From assembly GCA_902596665.1 (NCBI GenBank), contig CACJUN010000003.1, positions 71,756 through 135,755 on the forward strand: a stretch of DNA of 64,000 nucleotides. The letters run 5' to 3'. Of the stretch, positions 1 to 10,274 are shown in pieces. Each line of letters starts with the position of its first letter. The first letter of the stretch is position 1. The position numbers and the translations under genes were made by a program. Below the pieces are notes generated by a model that worked only from the letters and a program-made list of their open reading frames with translations, was not told where the DNA came from and searched no databases. Origin of the DNA: an uncultured SAR86 cluster bacterium. GTDB taxonomy: Bacteria > Pseudomonadota > Gammaproteobacteria > Magnimaribacterales > AG-339-G14.

Positions 1-59
1 TTGATGGCATTGAAATCTTCTTGTTCGCCTTGATTGAATAATTTTAATAAATCTTTCAT
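1..59 (-). CDS. rpoC: DNA-directed RNA polymerase subunit beta' (first 19 codons only; gene runs off the window start)
   Basis: The reverse complement of 1..59 reads ATG AAA GAT TTA TTA AAA TTA TTC AAT CAA GGC GAA CAA GAA GAT TTC AAT GCC ATC AA, giving MKDLLKLFNQGEQEDFNAI. This resembles the conserved beta' N-terminus (E. coli MKDLLKFLK...EEFDAIKI). It starts 4 nt after the rpoB stop, the canonical position. Confidence 0.85.
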   Translation of the reverse strand, partial: MKDLLKLFNQGEQEDFNAI

Positions 60-63
60 TAGA

Positions 64-3000
64 TCAAACCTCCTCGAAATCAATATCAATCGCTAAAGAT
101 CGAATTTCTTTTGTTAAAACATTATAGGATTCTGGTATTCCAGCTTCCATTTCATAAGAACCATCGACTATATTTTTATAGATTTTTGTTCTTCCGTAGA
201 CATCATCAGACTTAACGGTGAGCATTTCTTGAAGAGTGTGAGACGCACCATAAGCTTCAAGAGCCCAAACTTCCATCTCTCCGAGTCTTTGCCCACCAAA
301 TTGTGCTTTTCCTCCAAGCGGTTGCTGAGTAACTAAGCTGTAAGATCCTGTGGAACGTGCATGCATTTTATCTTCGATAAGATGATTAAGCTTGAGCATA
401 TACATGAACCCAACAGTTACTGGGCGATCAAATTTATCCCCTGTTCTCCCATCGTACAAAGTAGTTTGACCAGTTTCAGGAAGGTTGGCTAACTTCAACA
501 TCTCTTTGATTTCTGCCTCTTTAGCTCCATCGAAAACTGGAGTTGCCATAGGAACACCGTTTTTAAGGTTGTGGCAAAGTTCTAAGAATTCACTGTCGTT
601 AAGAGAACTAATGTCCTGATTCATACCTGATTTAACATAAATTTTATCTATGAATGATCTTAAGGCTTTTAAATCCTTATAATTTTCTAGCATCTTAGAT
701 ATTTCATCTCCAAGACCTTTTGCGGCTGATCCCAGATGAACTTCAAGGAGTTGTCCAACATTCATTCTTGATGGTACTCCTAATGGATTCAATACTAAAT
801 CAACTGGCTCGCCGTTTTCATCATATGGCATATCTTCGACAGGCATGATTACCGAAATAACTCCCTTGTTACCATGCCTACCCGCTAATTTATCACCTGG
901 TTGGATTCTCCTTTTAATTGCAAGGTAAACTTTGATTACTTGTTGTACCCCTGGCGGTAGATCATCTCCGGAAACAATTTTTTTCTTCTTAGCATCAAAT
1001 CTATTTTTGAGCATTTTTTCATATGCCTTCAAGTTGTCCTTAGAATCTTTTAACTGATCATTAATATCTTCGCTTTGCATTCTCAATTTGAACCATTCAT
1101 CTGAAGCAAGGTTATCTAGAAAGTCTTTAGATATTGTTTCCCCTTTGGATATGCCTCTTCCCGATATCACTTTTTGACCTGTCAAAACAGACCTTAAAGA
1201 GTTAATGGTTGCATTTGTAACGATCTCCAGTTCTTCATCAAGATCTTTTTGGATTTCTGCTAAAGAGACAGATTCAATAACAGAAGCTCTTGGATTTTTT
1301 TCTAATCCCTCTCTTGTATAAATCTGAACATCAATTACTGTTCCATCGGCACCGCTTGGGACTCTTAGAGAGGTATCTTTTACATCCGCTGCTTTTTCTC
1401 CGAATATTGCTCTAAGAAGTTTCTCTTCAGGAGAAAGTTGAGTTTCGCCTTTTGGTGTAACTTTTCCAACTAAAATATCTCCCGCCTTAACTTGTGCTCC
1501 AATGTGAACAACTCCACACTCATCAAGTTTCCCTAATGCGGACTCTCCTACATTGGGAATGTCAGCTGTAATTTCATCTGGTCCTAATTTTGTATCTCTA
1601 GCTGTACAAGTAAGTTCTTGTATATGAATACTTGTAAGCTTGTCTTCTTTTACAAGTTTGTCAGAAATAAGAATTGAGTCCTCAAAGTTGTATCCATGCC
1701 AAGGCATAAAAGCAATTTTGATATTTTGGCCAAGCGCTAACTCTCCTAAATCAATTGAAGAGCCATCAGCCAAGATATCGCCTTTTGCAACTTTATCTCC
1801 AACTTTAACTATTGGTTTTTGATTCATGCATGTATTTTGATTAGACCTTGTGTACTTTGTGAGGTTGTATATATCTACAGCTGAGTTAGTTGAAGAGATT
1901 TCTTTCATATCTTTTCTAACTACTATTCTTCCAGAATCAACCTTTTCAACAGTTCCTTTGTTTTCTGCTATTACACAATCTCCTGAATCTTTCGCAATCA
2001 ATCTTTCCATTCCAGTTCCAACAAGAGGAGCCTCTGTCTTCAAGGTAGGAACTGCCTGTCTCATCATGTTAGAGCCCATTAAAGCCCTGTTAGCATCGTC
2101 ATGCTCTAGGAAAGGTATTAGTGATGCAGCAATAGATACTACCTGCTGAGGAGATACATCCATAAGCTCAACTCTATCAGCTGACATAAGTTCAAATTCA
2201 TTTTTAAATCGAACAGGAACGAGTTCGTCTACAAATTTATTATTTTTATCGAGCAGTGCACTTGCTTGTGCAATAACAAATTCGCCTTCTTCTATTGCAG
2301 AAATGTACTTAATGTCTTCAGTCACTTTGCCATTAATTACTTGTCTATATGGCGTTTCAATAAACCCAAAATCATTGACCTTGGCAAAAACAGATAAAGA
2401 ATTTATAAGTCCAATATTCGGTCCTTCTGGGGTTTCTATTGGACAAACTCTTCCGTAATGACTTGGGTGAACGTCCCTAACTTCAAAGCCAGCTCTTTCT
2501 CTTGTTAAGCCCCCCGGCCCAAGTGCTGAAACTCTTCTTTTGTGAGTAATTGCCGCAAGTGGATTATTCTGATCCATGAATTGTGACAGTTGACTTGAAC
2601 CAAAGAATTCATTTATTGCAGCAGTTACAGGCTTTGCGTTGATTAAATCTGCTGGCCCAAAGCCCTCAGCTTCAGCTACATTCAATCTTTCTCTGACAGC
2701 TCTTTCCACTCTTAGAAGACCAACTCTGACTTGGTTCGATACCATTTCGCCAACTGATCTTATTCGTCTGTTTCCTAAATGATCTATATCGTCACAGTCT
2801 TGCTTTCCATTTCTTATATCAACAAGAGTTTTTGTCACATCAATGATGTCTTCCTTACTTAATATTCCAGGTCCTTGAAGGTCTTCCCTTCCTAGGCGAC
2901 GGTTGAATTTCATTCTTCCAACATCAGAAAGATCGTACTTTTCTGTATTAAAAAATAAGTTTTCAAAAAGATTTGTTGCAGCTTCTTTAGTTGGAGGCTC

Positions 3001-4143
3001 TCCTGGTCTCATCATTCTGTATATCTCAGCTAAAGCTTCTAATTGAGAAGTAGTAGTATCAGACCTCAAAGTTTCTGAAATGTAAGGCCCTGATTCGAGC
3101 TCATTAATGTAAAGAACTTTAATTTCTTTAAGTTTCTGCTCTTGGACAGCTTTAACAATTGTTTCATCGATAACAGAATTACATGATATGAGAAGCTCTC
3201 CTGTTTCTTTATTGATGATATCTTCAGCTGTGATTAATCCATTCAAGCCTTCAGAATCCAAAGATATTGTTTTAATTTTATTAGAATCAATAAGCCTAAT
3301 GTGTCTTGCAGTAATTCTTTGGCCTTTTTCAACAATAGTTTCTTTACCATCTTTATCCTTGATTTCAACTGGGGATATCCTTCCCATCAGTCTTCTAGAG
3401 TTGATTTTAAGAGAGAATCCTTGTGGGGTTACAGAATAAGTTTCTGATTCATAAAACGTTTCTAATATCTCCTGATTAGCCATTCCTAAAGCCTTAAGCA
3501 AAATTGAAGCTAAAAGCTTTCTTCTTCTGTCTATTCTTATGTAAACAAGATCTTTATGATCAAATTCAAAATCAAGCCAGGATCCTCTATAAGGAATTAC
3601 TCTTGAAGCGTAAAGCAATTTTCCTGAAGAATGCGTTTTACCTTTGTCATGATCGAAAATTAACCCAGGGGATCTATGCAATTGAGAAACTACAACTCTT
3701 TCGACACCATTTATGACGAATGTTCCATAAGTTGTCATTAGAGGTATGGTCCCCATGTAGACCTTCTCTTCTCGAGCTGATTTTAAAATTTCCTCTCCAG
3801 TAGTTTTATCCAGAAAAGAAATCCTACATATGATTCTCATGGTTGATTCATATGTAGTGCCTCTGGCAATACATTCGCTTACATCAAATTCTGGCTCATC
3901 AAGCTCGTATCCCAGATATTCGATTTTTGCATTACCCGAAACACTGATTATAGGGAAAATAGAGTGAAATACTCCGTGAAGACCCTGCTTTTGCCTTTCA
4001 TCTGGTGAAAGGTGAGATTGTAAAAATTCCTTGTAAGAATTTGTTTGAACTTCAAGAATGTCAGGAAAATCCATGACGCTTGAAATTTTTTCAAAACTAT
4101 TTCTTATTCTTTTCTTTTCAGCAAAACTATATTTATTTGGCAT
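64..4143 (-). CDS. rpoB: DNA-directed RNA polymerase subunit beta
   Basis: 1359-aa ORF with hallmark beta-subunit stretches ([55 protein letters not shown]). It lies downstream of rplL. Confidence 0.99.
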   Translation of the reverse strand: MPNKYSFAEKKRIRNSFEKISSVMDFPDILEVQTNSYKEFLQSHLSPDERQKQGLHGVFHSIFPIISVSGNAKIEYLGYELDEPEFDVSECIARGTTYESTMRIICRISFLDKTTGEEILKSAREEKVYMGTIPLMTTYGTFVINGVERVVVSQLHRSPGLIFDHDKGKTHSSGKLLYASRVIPYRGSWLDFEFDHKDLVYIRIDRRRKLLASILLKALGMANQEILETFYESETYSVTPQGFSLKINSRRLMGRISPVEIKDKDGKETIVEKGQRITARHIRLIDSNKIKTISLDSEGLNGLITAEDIINKETGELLISCNSVIDETIVKAVQEQKLKEIKVLYINELESGPYISETLRSDTTTSQLEALAEIYRMMRPGEPPTKEAATNLFENLFFNTEKYDLSDVGRMKFNRRLGREDLQGPGILSKEDIIDVTKTLVDIRNGKQDCDDIDHLGNRRIRSVGEMVSNQVRVGLLRVERAVRERLNVAEAEGFGPADLINAKPVTAAINEFFGSSQLSQFMDQNNPLAAITHKRRVSALGPGGLTRERAGFEVRDVHPSHYGRVCPIETPEGPNIGLINSLSVFAKVNDFGFIETPYRQVINGKVTEDIKYISAIEEGEFVIAQASALLDKNNKFVDELVPVRFKNEFELMSADRVELMDVSPQQVVSIAASLIPFLEHDDANRALMGSNMMRQAVPTLKTEAPLVGTGMERLIAKDSGDCVIAENKGTVEKVDSGRIVVRKDMKEISSTNSAVDIYNLTKYTRSNQNTCMNQKPIVKVGDKVAKGDILADGSSIDLGELALGQNIKIAFMPWHGYNFEDSILISDKLVKEDKLTSIHIQELTCTARDTKLGPDEITADIPNVGESALGKLDECGVVHIGAQVKAGDILVGKVTPKGETQLSPEEKLLRAIFGEKAADVKDTSLRVPSGADGTVIDVQIYTREGLEKNPRASVIESVSLAEIQKDLDEELEIVTNATINSLRSVLTGQKVISGRGISKGETISKDFLDNLASDEWFKLRMQSEDINDQLKDSKDNLKAYEKMLKNRFDAKKKKIVSGDDLPPGVQQVIKVYLAIKRRIQPGDKLAGRHGNKGVISVIMPVEDMPYDENGEPVDLVLNPLGVPSRMNVGQLLEVHLGSAAKGLGDEISKMLENYKDLKALRSFIDKIYVKSGMNQDISSLNDSEFLELCHNLKNGVPMATPVFDGAKEAEIKEMLKLANLPETGQTTLYDGRTGDKFDRPVTVGFMYMLKLNHLIEDKMHARSTGSYSLVTQQPLGGKAQFGGQRLGEMEVWALEAYGASHTLQEMLTVKSDDVYGRTKIYKNIVDGSYEMEAGIPESYNVLTKEIRSLAIDIDFEEV

Positions 4144-4164
4144 AAAAATTGTATGTATTTAAAG

Positions 4165-4548
4165 TTATTTAAGTTCGACAGTAGCTCCAGCTTCCTCTAA
4201 TTGAGATTTAGCCTGTTCAGCTTCATCTTTATTAGCCCCTTCTTTTAATGATGAAGGTGCTCCATCAACAAGTGCTTTAGCTTCTTTTAATCCAAGACCA
4301 GTAATGGTCCTAACAACTTTAATCACATCAATTTTCTTATCACCAACTTCAGCAAGGAAAATCTCGAATTCAGATTTTTCTTCTGCAGCATCACCAGCTG
4401 CATCGCCTGCTGGAGCTGCAGCTACTGCAGCGACAGGTGCTGCGGCAGTGACTCCAAATTTATCTTCCATAAGTTTAATCAGATCAACCATATCCATGAC
4501 ACTCATGTCGGATATCGCATCTAATATTTCTTCTTTTGATAGCGCCAT
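4165..4548 (-). CDS. rplL: 50S ribosomal protein L7/L12
   Basis: 127 aa with an Ala-rich hinge ([14 protein letters not shown]) and a C-terminal domain ([19 protein letters not shown]...GATVELK). Confidence 0.98.
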   Translation of the reverse strand: MALSKEEILDAISDMSVMDMVDLIKLMEDKFGVTAAAPVAAVAAAPAGDAAGDAAEEKSEFEIFLAEVGDKKIDVIKVVRTITGLGLKEAKALVDGAPSSLKEGANKDEAEQAKSQLEEAGATVELK

Positions 4549-4572
4549 TACTACTCCTTTTAAAGTTTAAAA

Positions 4573-5091
4573 TTAAGATTTAGTTTCTTTTACCGCATCC
4601 AAAGTTCTCACAAAGTTTGAAGGTAGATTCTGTAAACCACCTGCAAATTTCTGAATTGGACTTTGAAGTACGCTCATTAACATAGAAATTGCTTCTTCCT
4701 TTGAGGGCAGTGAAGCTAGTCTGTCTAGCTCACTTGCATCTAAAAGGCCTTCTCCCACCGATAACCCTTTTACGCTAAAAGACTCATTAGACTTTGAAAA
4801 ATCTTTTACGAGTTTTGCAGCACTTTTAAAGTCATCAAGAGAAAAAGCAAACAAACTAGGTCCTGTAAGAATTTCATTGATTGAATCAAACTTAGTACCT
4901 TCTAACGCTCTTTTAGCTAAAGTATTCTTTATTACTCTAAGATATACCGAACTAGAAGAGGCATCTTTTCTTAACAATGTTAAGTCAGGTACGTTAGTAC
5001 CTCTGTAATCAACGACGACAGCTGAGAATGCTTCATCAGCTACCTTCTTCAACTCATCTACAACTAATTTCTTTTCTTCTAAACGTGACAT
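4573..5091 (-). CDS. rplJ: 50S ribosomal protein L10
   Basis: 172 aa, located immediately upstream of rplL. It has an L10-like N-terminus (KKLVVDELKKVADEAFSAVVVDYRG). Confidence 0.97.
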   Translation of the reverse strand: MSRLEEKKLVVDELKKVADEAFSAVVVDYRGTNVPDLTLLRKDASSSSVYLRVIKNTLAKRALEGTKFDSINEILTGPSLFAFSLDDFKSAAKLVKDFSKSNESFSVKGLSVGEGLLDASELDRLASLPSKEEAISMLMSVLQSPIQKFAGGLQNLPSNFVRTLDAVKETKS

Positions 5092-5272
5092 TAAATAAAC
5101 CTCTCTTTTTTAAAGTGAGAGAACTTCCAACCAAGACCTAAAAGACTTGGTACATCTACGCATGAAATTAAGTTTTTATGGCAAAAACCAAAAAACACAT
5201 GCGGTCTAAGACAATCGCGAAAACGCAAATGCTTATTTAAATGTTCTGGACCGCGCATCATACAGGAAAATA
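5092..5272 (-). promoter_or_regulatory. Structured rplJ 5' leader (candidate L10 autoregulatory leader plus rplJ promoter region)
   Basis: This is the only sizeable gap (181 nt) in the secE-to-rpoC cluster. In mRNA sense, TCTCTC (5117..5122) can pair with the SD GAGAGG (5100..5105, 8 nt before the ATG). There is also a hairpin ACCAAG-N10-CTTGGT (5130..5151) and a long-range pairing of ATGCGGTC (5199..5206) with GACCGCGCAT (5249..5258). The folds were made by eye, not computed. Confidence 0.45.
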
Positions 5273-5968
5273 TCAGAAATTGAGAGAGGAAATATCAATT
5301 TCTAATCCAGGTCCCATAGTTGATGACATCGAAATTTTTGAAATAAAAACTCCTTTGGATGATGGAGGTTTTGATTTTTTTAAATCAGATAATAAATATT
5401 GCAAATTACTTTTTATTTCTTCCTTGCTCTGAGTTATTTGGCCTATTCTACAGTGAACAATTCCCTGTTTATCTGACTTAAACCTCACCTGACCAGCCTT
5501 GGCATTTTTTACCGCACCCGAAACATCTTTTGTTACCGTTTCTGACTTAGGATTAGGCATTAATCCTTTGGGTCCCAAAATTTGACCCAATGGACTTACA
5601 ACTTTCATCGTATCGGGAGTAGCAACTATGACATCATAATCTATTTCCCCCGATTTCATTTCATCAGCGAGATCTTCCATGCCCACTTTATCTGCTCCAG
5701 CTTCAAGAGCACTTTTAGCCTCTTCACCCTCTGCAAAAACAGCAACCTTATATGAACGGCCAGTGCCGTGAGGGAGATTAGATGCTCCCCTAACGTTTTG
5801 ATCTGACTTCGATGGATCCACTCCTAAGTTAATACTTACATCCACTGACTCAGTAAATTTTTCAGACTTATGTTCAAACAAAATATCTAAAGCTTCTTCC
5901 AAATTATAGGAGGCTTCTTCTACTAACTTTTCTCTTAAAGGTTTATTTTTCTTAGATGTTTTCGCCAT
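5273..5968 (-). CDS. rplA: 50S ribosomal protein L1
   Basis: 231 aa with L1 motifs (FTESVDVSINLGVDP, LPHGTG, GPKGLMPNPK). Its start overlaps the rplK stop by 1 nt. Confidence 0.98.
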   Translation of the reverse strand: MAKTSKKNKPLREKLVEEASYNLEEALDILFEHKSEKFTESVDVSINLGVDPSKSDQNVRGASNLPHGTGRSYKVAVFAEGEEAKSALEAGADKVGMEDLADEMKSGEIDYDVIVATPDTMKVVSPLGQILGPKGLMPNPKSETVTKDVSGAVKNAKAGQVRFKSDKQGIVHCRIGQITQSKEEIKSNLQYLLSDLKKSKPPSSKGVFISKISMSSTMGPGLEIDISSLNF

Positions 5969-6399
5969 TAATCTATTACCTCTATTCCCATGCTTCTGGC
6001 ACTGCCAGAAATAATTTTTACTGCAGCATCCATATCAGCAGCGTTGAGATCCTGCATTTTCTTTTCTGCTATTTCCTCAACTTGAGCCCTAGTTACTTTT
6101 CCTACTTTTAATGAGTTTGGCGTAGGGCTACCCTTATCGAGTCCAGCAGCCTTTTTTAGGAGAATGCTTGCAGGAGTTGTCTTTACTATGAAATCAAAAC
6201 TTTTGTCTTCGTAAACTGTGATAACAACAGGCACAGGTACATTCTTTTCCAAGTCGTTAGTCTTAGAATTAAATGCATTACAAAAGTCCATTAAGTTAAC
6301 ACCGTGTTGACCCAGCGCAGGTCCAACAGGAGGGCTAGGAGAGGCAGCGCCAGCAGGTACTTGAAGTTTAATGTATGTATCTATCTTTTTGTCCGCCAT
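5968..6399 (-). CDS. rplK: 50S ribosomal protein L11
   Basis: 143 aa with [26 protein letters not shown]. Its ATG overlaps the nusG TAA (TAATG). Confidence 0.98.
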   Translation of the reverse strand: MADKKIDTYIKLQVPAGAASPSPPVGPALGQHGVNLMDFCNAFNSKTNDLEKNVPVPVVITVYEDKSFDFIVKTTPASILLKKAAGLDKGSPTPNSLKVGKVTRAQVEEIAEKKMQDLNAADMDAAVKIISGSARSMGIEVID

Positions 6400-6932
6400 T
6401 ATGCTCTCTCAATTTGATTGAAATCTAACTCAACTGGAGTTGATCTTCCAAAGATCATCACCGCTACTTTTACTTTTCCTTTTTCTGAATCAACTTCTTC
6501 AATCACGCCACTAAAATCATTAAAAGGTCCATCAATAACTCTAATCATTTCACCGGCTTCATAAATATTTTGTTGTGAAGTGGTTTCTACTCCAGATTCT
6601 ATTTGATTTAAAATTCTGTTTGCTTCGTTTTCTGAAATTGGTCTTGGATTGGTTTTTGTGCCTCCAATGAACCCCAAAACCCTTGGAGTCTCTTTGACAA
6701 GGTGCCATGTATCGTCATTCATTTCCATCTCAACCAAAATGTAACCTGGGAAAAATTTCTTTTGTATAGTTTTTTCCTTTCCTCCTTTCATTTCAGTTAT
6801 TTCTTCGGAAGGCACTTCTATCTTACCAAAAAAATCCTCCATGCCGTTGAGGGTTATTCTCTCTAAAAGCTGTTCTTTGGCCTTATTTTCATAACCAGAA
6901 TAAGAATTAAGAACATACCAAGATTTCGACAT
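6399..6932 (-). CDS. nusG: Transcription termination/antitermination factor NusG
   Basis: The start is placed at the ATG at 6932 ([20 protein letters not shown]...), the typical NusG N-terminus. A KOW region is present ([22 protein letters not shown]). The longer tracked ORF would overlap secE. Confidence 0.95.
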   Translation of the reverse strand: MSKSWYVLNSYSGYENKAKEQLLERITLNGMEDFFGKIEVPSEEITEMKGGKEKTIQKKFFPGYILVEMEMNDDTWHLVKETPRVLGFIGGTKTNPRPISENEANRILNQIESGVETTSQQNIYEAGEMIRVIDGPFNDFSGVIEEVDSEKGKVKVAVMIFGRSTPVELDFNQIERA

Positions 6933-6934
6933 TT

Positions 6935-7282
6935 CTACCCCAATAATAAATTTAATCCAAAGGAAAAAAGAGAATCCAAGCCCCATAACAAAAGTGAAGC
7001 AACAATTACTGCAGCTAAAACAATAAGAGTTGTTTGAGTCGTCTCAGTTCTATTAGGCCAGACTACTTTTCTAATTTCAGTTAGAGAAGTAACAATTAAG
7101 TTGTATGCGGAATTACCAAAAATTGTGAATCTAATTATTGCTAAACCCAGAATCAATAGAGCAATCACAATCAAGGTTCTGTATAAAAGAGCTACTTCAG
7201 AGTAATAAGAATTCCCCCAGACAGCAATCAGGATAACTGCTGAGCCAAGGATCCATAAAATTTTACTGCTAACTGAAGTCAT
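6935..7282 (-). CDS. secE: Preprotein translocase subunit SecE
   Basis: 115 aa with three hydrophobic helices and the conserved EIRKVVWP motif. It sits between tRNA-Trp and nusG. Confidence 0.9.
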   Translation of the reverse strand: MTSVSSKILWILGSAVILIAVWGNSYYSEVALLYRTLIVIALLILGLAIIRFTIFGNSAYNLIVTSLTEIRKVVWPNRTETTQTTLIVLAAVIVASLLLWGLDSLFSFGLNLLLG

Positions 7283-7308
7283 ATTGTTTTATCTTATATC
7301 CATCTCCG

Positions 7309-7384
7309 TGGCAGGCCAGGAGGGAATCGAACCCCCAACCTGCGGTTTTGGAGACCGCCGCTCTACCAATTGAGCTACTGGCCT
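7309..7384 (-). tRNA. tRNA-Trp (anticodon CCA)
   Basis: The reverse complement reads AGGCCAGTAGCTCAATTGGTAGAGCGGCGGTCTCCAAAACCGCAGGTTGGGGGTTCGATTCCCTCCTGGCCTGCCA. It folds as a cloverleaf with anticodon loop CT-CCA-AA and an encoded CCA. Its 5' end overlaps the tuf stop codon by 2 nt. Confidence 0.95.
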
Positions 7385-8576
7385 ATTGAACGATTTTGGA
7401 TACTACTCCGGAACCAACAGTTCTGCCACCTTCTCTGATAGCAAAACGCATTCCTTCTTCCATAGCGATTGGTGATATCAATTCAACATTAATTGCCACA
7501 TCATCACCTGGCATAACCATCTCAACTCCATCAGGAAGAATGACTTCACCAGTCACGTCGGTTGTCCTTACATAAAACTGCGGTCTATAGCCTTTAAAGA
7601 AAGGCGTATGTCTGCCACCTTCTTCTTTATTTAATACATAGACTTGTGCTTCAAACTTAGTGTGAGGAGTTATTGAACCAGGCTTAGATAGTACCTGACC
7701 TCTTTCAACTTCTTCTCTTTTTGTACCTCTTAGAAGAACACCAACATTTTCACCAGCACGACCTTCATCAAGAAGTTTTCTGAACATCTCTACACCAGTG
7801 CAAGTAGTTTTTTCTGTGTCTTTTATTCCAACAATTTCCATCTCATCATTGACAGAAACCATACCTCTTTCAATTCTTCCAGTAACAACAGTTCCTCTTC
7901 CTTGAATTGAAAAGATATCTTCAATAGGCATCAAGAAAGGCTTATCTAGATCTCTAACTGGCTCAGGAATGTGGCTGTCCAATGACTCAACCAATTTAAG
8001 AATAGCTTCTTTTCCGTGTTCGCCTTCATCGCCTTCTAGAGCCTTTAAAGCAGACCCAATGGTTATAGGAGTATCATCCCCAGGGAAATCATACTCATTT
8101 AAAAGGTCTCGGATTTCTACTTCTACTAACTCAATTAACTCAGCATCATCTACCTGATCAGCTTTGTTTAAGAAGACTACGATGTGCTCAACGCCTACCT
8201 GTCTTGCTAATAAGATGTGTTCTCTAGTTTGAGGCATGGGTCCATCTGCGGCATTTACAACCAATATAGCTCCATCCATTTGGGCTGCACCAGTAATCAT
8301 GTTTTTTACATAGTCAGCGTGTCCTGGACAATCTACGTGTGCGTAGTGTCTTGCTGGAGAATCATATTCAACGTGAGATGTTGCTATGGTTATACCTCTT
8401 TCTTTTTCTTCAGGAGCATTATCGATCCCTTCAAAAGCTACAGCTTCACCGGAACCATGAGCCTCTGCACAAACTTTTGTTAAAGCAGCAGTCAAGGTAG
8501 TTTTACCGTGGTCCACGTGACCGATAGTGCCCACATTTACGTGGGGTTTGGTTCTTTCAAATTTTTCTTTAGCCAT
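7383..8576 (-). CDS. tuf: Translation elongation factor Tu
   Basis: 397 aa with [18 protein letters not shown] and NKAD G-motifs. It lies in a tufB-type context: tRNAs upstream and secE downstream. Confidence 0.99.
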   Translation of the reverse strand: MAKEKFERTKPHVNVGTIGHVDHGKTTLTAALTKVCAEAHGSGEAVAFEGIDNAPEEKERGITIATSHVEYDSPARHYAHVDCPGHADYVKNMITGAAQMDGAILVVNAADGPMPQTREHILLARQVGVEHIVVFLNKADQVDDAELIELVEVEIRDLLNEYDFPGDDTPITIGSALKALEGDEGEHGKEAILKLVESLDSHIPEPVRDLDKPFLMPIEDIFSIQGRGTVVTGRIERGMVSVNDEMEIVGIKDTEKTTCTGVEMFRKLLDEGRAGENVGVLLRGTKREEVERGQVLSKPGSITPHTKFEAQVYVLNKEEGGRHTPFFKGYRPQFYVRTTDVTGEVILPDGVEMVMPGDDVAINVELISPIAMEEGMRFAIREGGRTVGSGVVSKIVQ

Positions 8577-8604
8577 TGTCTATCCTCTTAAAAAATGTAC
8601 TGTC

Positions 8605-8680
<76 letters not shown>

Positions 8681-8767
8681 ATAAATGTTCATAAATTCCG
8701 GATCAAAAAAGGATAAATTCTTGTTAAAAATACAATGAAATATCCTAGACCTTTCGCTCCGGTGGCA

Positions 8768-8796
8768 TTTATACTGTTTTCTTGTCATAAAGGCAA
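8768..8796 (-). promoter_or_regulatory. Candidate sigma70 promoter for tRNA-Thr(GGU)-tuf
   Basis: Minus-sense TTGCCT (8796..8791), a 17-nt spacer, then TATAAA (8773..8768), followed by a GC-rich discriminator (TGCCACCGGAGCG). It sits in the 123-nt tRNA-Tyr/tRNA-Thr spacer. Confidence 0.35.
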
Positions 8797-8803
8797 GAAT
8801 TTC

Positions 8804-8887
8804 TGGTGGAGGGGGCAGGATTCGAACCTGCGAAGCCGAAGCGGCTGATTTACAGTCAGCTGGGTTTGACCGCTCCCCAACCCCTCC
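8804..8887 (-). tRNA. tRNA-Tyr (anticodon GTA), long variable arm
   Basis: The reverse complement reads GGAGGGGTTGGGGAGCGGTCAAACCCAGCTGACTGTAAATCAGCCGCTTCGGCTTCGCAGGTTCGAATCCTGCCCCCTCCACCA. The acceptor stem is GGAGGGG/CCCCTCC and the anticodon loop is CT-GTA-AA. Confidence 0.95.
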
Positions 8888-8901
8888 AGTCAGAGCGTGG
8901 T

Positions 8902-8930
8902 ATTCTCGGAGTCATGATAGAAGTTGTCAA
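8902..8930 (-). promoter_or_regulatory. Candidate sigma70 promoter for tRNA-Tyr, embedded in the birA start region
   Basis: Minus-sense perfect -35 TTGACA (8930..8925), a 17-nt spacer that contains the birA ATG on the other strand, then -10 GAGAAT (8907..8902). The mature tRNA-Tyr 5' end lies 14 nt further on. Confidence 0.45.
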
Positions 8931-9711
8931 CAAAAATCCTTTAGATAAAGAAAAAATATTATCGAAACTTAGTAATGAATTTAGATCAAAAGTTGTTCTA
9001 GAGGTATTCGATACCATTAGTTCTACGAATGACTACCTTTTAAGAAAAGAAAAAAATAAAAATAAAGATATAAAAATATGCATTGCAGAAGAGCAAACTA
9101 AAGGTAGAGGACGAAGAGGTAAATCGTGGATTAGTCCTAAATTTAAGAATATATATTTTTCCCTGAACTCATATTTGAAAAAAGAAGATTTATCTGGACT
9201 CAGCATAGCAGTAGCTTTATCAGTATCTAAAGTCCTTACTAAAATAAATGTGATGTCTTTGATCAAGTGGCCTAATGACCTTCTTGTAGGAAATAAAAAA
9301 ATTTGTGGAATTTTGATAGAAACGGCAAAAGTAGGTGAATTGACCAAAGTAGTTATTGGCATAGGAATCAATGTAAACATGGAATATTCAGAGCTTATAG
9401 ATCAAGAATGGACCTCAATAAAATTAGAAAAGAAACAATCAGTAGATAGAAACTCAATCATTACAGAAATGATTAATCAATTATGCATAACCTTAAATAA
9501 GTTTGAGCAAGAAGAGTTTGATTACTTCATTAACAAATTTACATCTTTAGATTTGTTAAAAGACAAGCAATTTACTCTGAGAGATAAACCTAATGAAACA
9601 TTCATTGGAAAAGGTATAGATAATAAAGGCCTCTTAATCGCTCAAAATTTGAAGGATCAAAGGATAGTGAAATTTAGTTCCGGAGAAGTATCTTTAAAAT
9701 TAAAGAAATGA
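8914..9711 (+). CDS. birA: Biotin--[acetyl-CoA-carboxylase] ligase, group I (no N-terminal HTH)
   Basis: The start is placed at the ATG at 8914 (MIEVVNKNPL...), because the tracked ORF start lies inside tRNA-Tyr. Motifs are ISSTNDYL, EEQTKGRGRRGKSW and KWPNDL. The protein is about 55 aa shorter at the N-terminus than the E. coli BirA repressor form. Confidence 0.9.
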   Translation: MIEVVNKNPLDKEKILSKLSNEFRSKVVLEVFDTISSTNDYLLRKEKNKNKDIKICIAEEQTKGRGRRGKSWISPKFKNIYFSLNSYLKKEDLSGLSIAVALSVSKVLTKINVMSLIKWPNDLLVGNKKICGILIETAKVGELTKVVIGIGINVNMEYSELIDQEWTSIKLEKKQSVDRNSIITEMINQLCITLNKFEQEEFDYFINKFTSLDLLKDKQFTLRDKPNETFIGKGIDNKGLLIAQNLKDQRIVKFSSGEVSLKLKK

Positions 9712-9730
9712 GTTTATAATTCTTGACGTT

Positions 9731-9806
9731 GCTGGCGTAGCTCAGTTGGTAGAGCTCCTGATTTGTAATCAGGCGGTCGTAGGTTCGACTCCTATCGCCA
9801 GCTCCA
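9731..9806 (+). tRNA. tRNA-Thr (anticodon TGT)
   Basis: The sequence is GCTGGCGTAGCTCAGTTGGTAGAGCTCCTGATTTGTAATCAGGCGGTCGTAGGTTCGACTCCTATCGCCAGCTCCA. The anticodon loop is TT-TGT-AA. It lies 19 nt after the birA stop. A TATAAT at 9715..9720 sits 10 nt upstream. Confidence 0.95.
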
Positions 9807-10272
9807 CTTTGGAGACTAAGACTCCCGTTGAGTCTCCATAGACCCAATCATTTGAATTTATTATCAATCCGTCTATTTCAATAGGGGCATCAATGGAACC
9901 TCTATCTTTTTTTTCACTTTTTTTAGGAACAGAGCCAAGGGCAAAAATTCCCATATCGATTGTTTTCAAGACATCTACATCCCTGACGCAGCCGAGGATA
10001 ATTATTCCATTCCAATTATTTTTATAAGCATTTTCAGCAATTATGTCTCCCAAGAGGGCGACCTCAAAACTTTTATTCCCATCGACAAAAAGAACACTCC
10101 CCTGCCCTTCTGTTGCTAATATTTTTTTAACAAAAGAATTATCGTTTGGAGCATGAACTGTTTTTATAGGCCCGTAAAGAAAATCTCTAGCTCCATACGA
10201 ATTAAATTGTAAGCCTACGAATGGAACGCTGGGATTAAGATCGCTAAGGTCTGGAGTTGAAATTTTTTGCAT
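9769..10272 (-). CDS. rraA: RraA family protein (regulator of RNase E activity / HMG aldolase-like)
   Basis: 167 aa that aligns along its length with E. coli RraA (LSDLNPSV...FNSYG..., GQGSVLFVDG, IIILGCVRDVDVL, VYGDSTGVLVS). The last 12 codons and the stop are antisense to tRNA-Thr(UGU). Confidence 0.85.
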   Translation of the reverse strand: MQKISTPDLSDLNPSVPFVGLQFNSYGARDFLYGPIKTVHAPNDNSFVKKILATEGQGSVLFVDGNKSFEVALLGDIIAENAYKNNWNGIIILGCVRDVDVLKTIDMGIFALGSVPKKSEKKDRGSIDAPIEIDGLIINSNDWVYGDSTGVLVSKVELAIGVEPTTA

Positions 10273-10274
10273 TT

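Noticed and set aside
6933-6986. 18-codon N-terminal extension of the nusG ORF
   Set aside because: It overlaps the 3' end of secE. NusG homology starts at MSKSWYV (ATG at 6932).
8806-8913. N-terminal 36 codons of the tracked 301-aa ORF (MEGAGFEPAKPKRL...) upstream of birA
   Set aside because: This stretch is the antisense reading of tRNA-Tyr (8804..8887). BirA homology begins at the ATG at 8914.
9811-9837. Inverted repeat GGAGACT...AGTCTCC as an intrinsic terminator for birA/tRNA-Thr
   Set aside because: It has a 13-nt loop and no downstream T-tract, and it lies inside the rraA coding sequence. It is mentioned only as context for the overlap finding.
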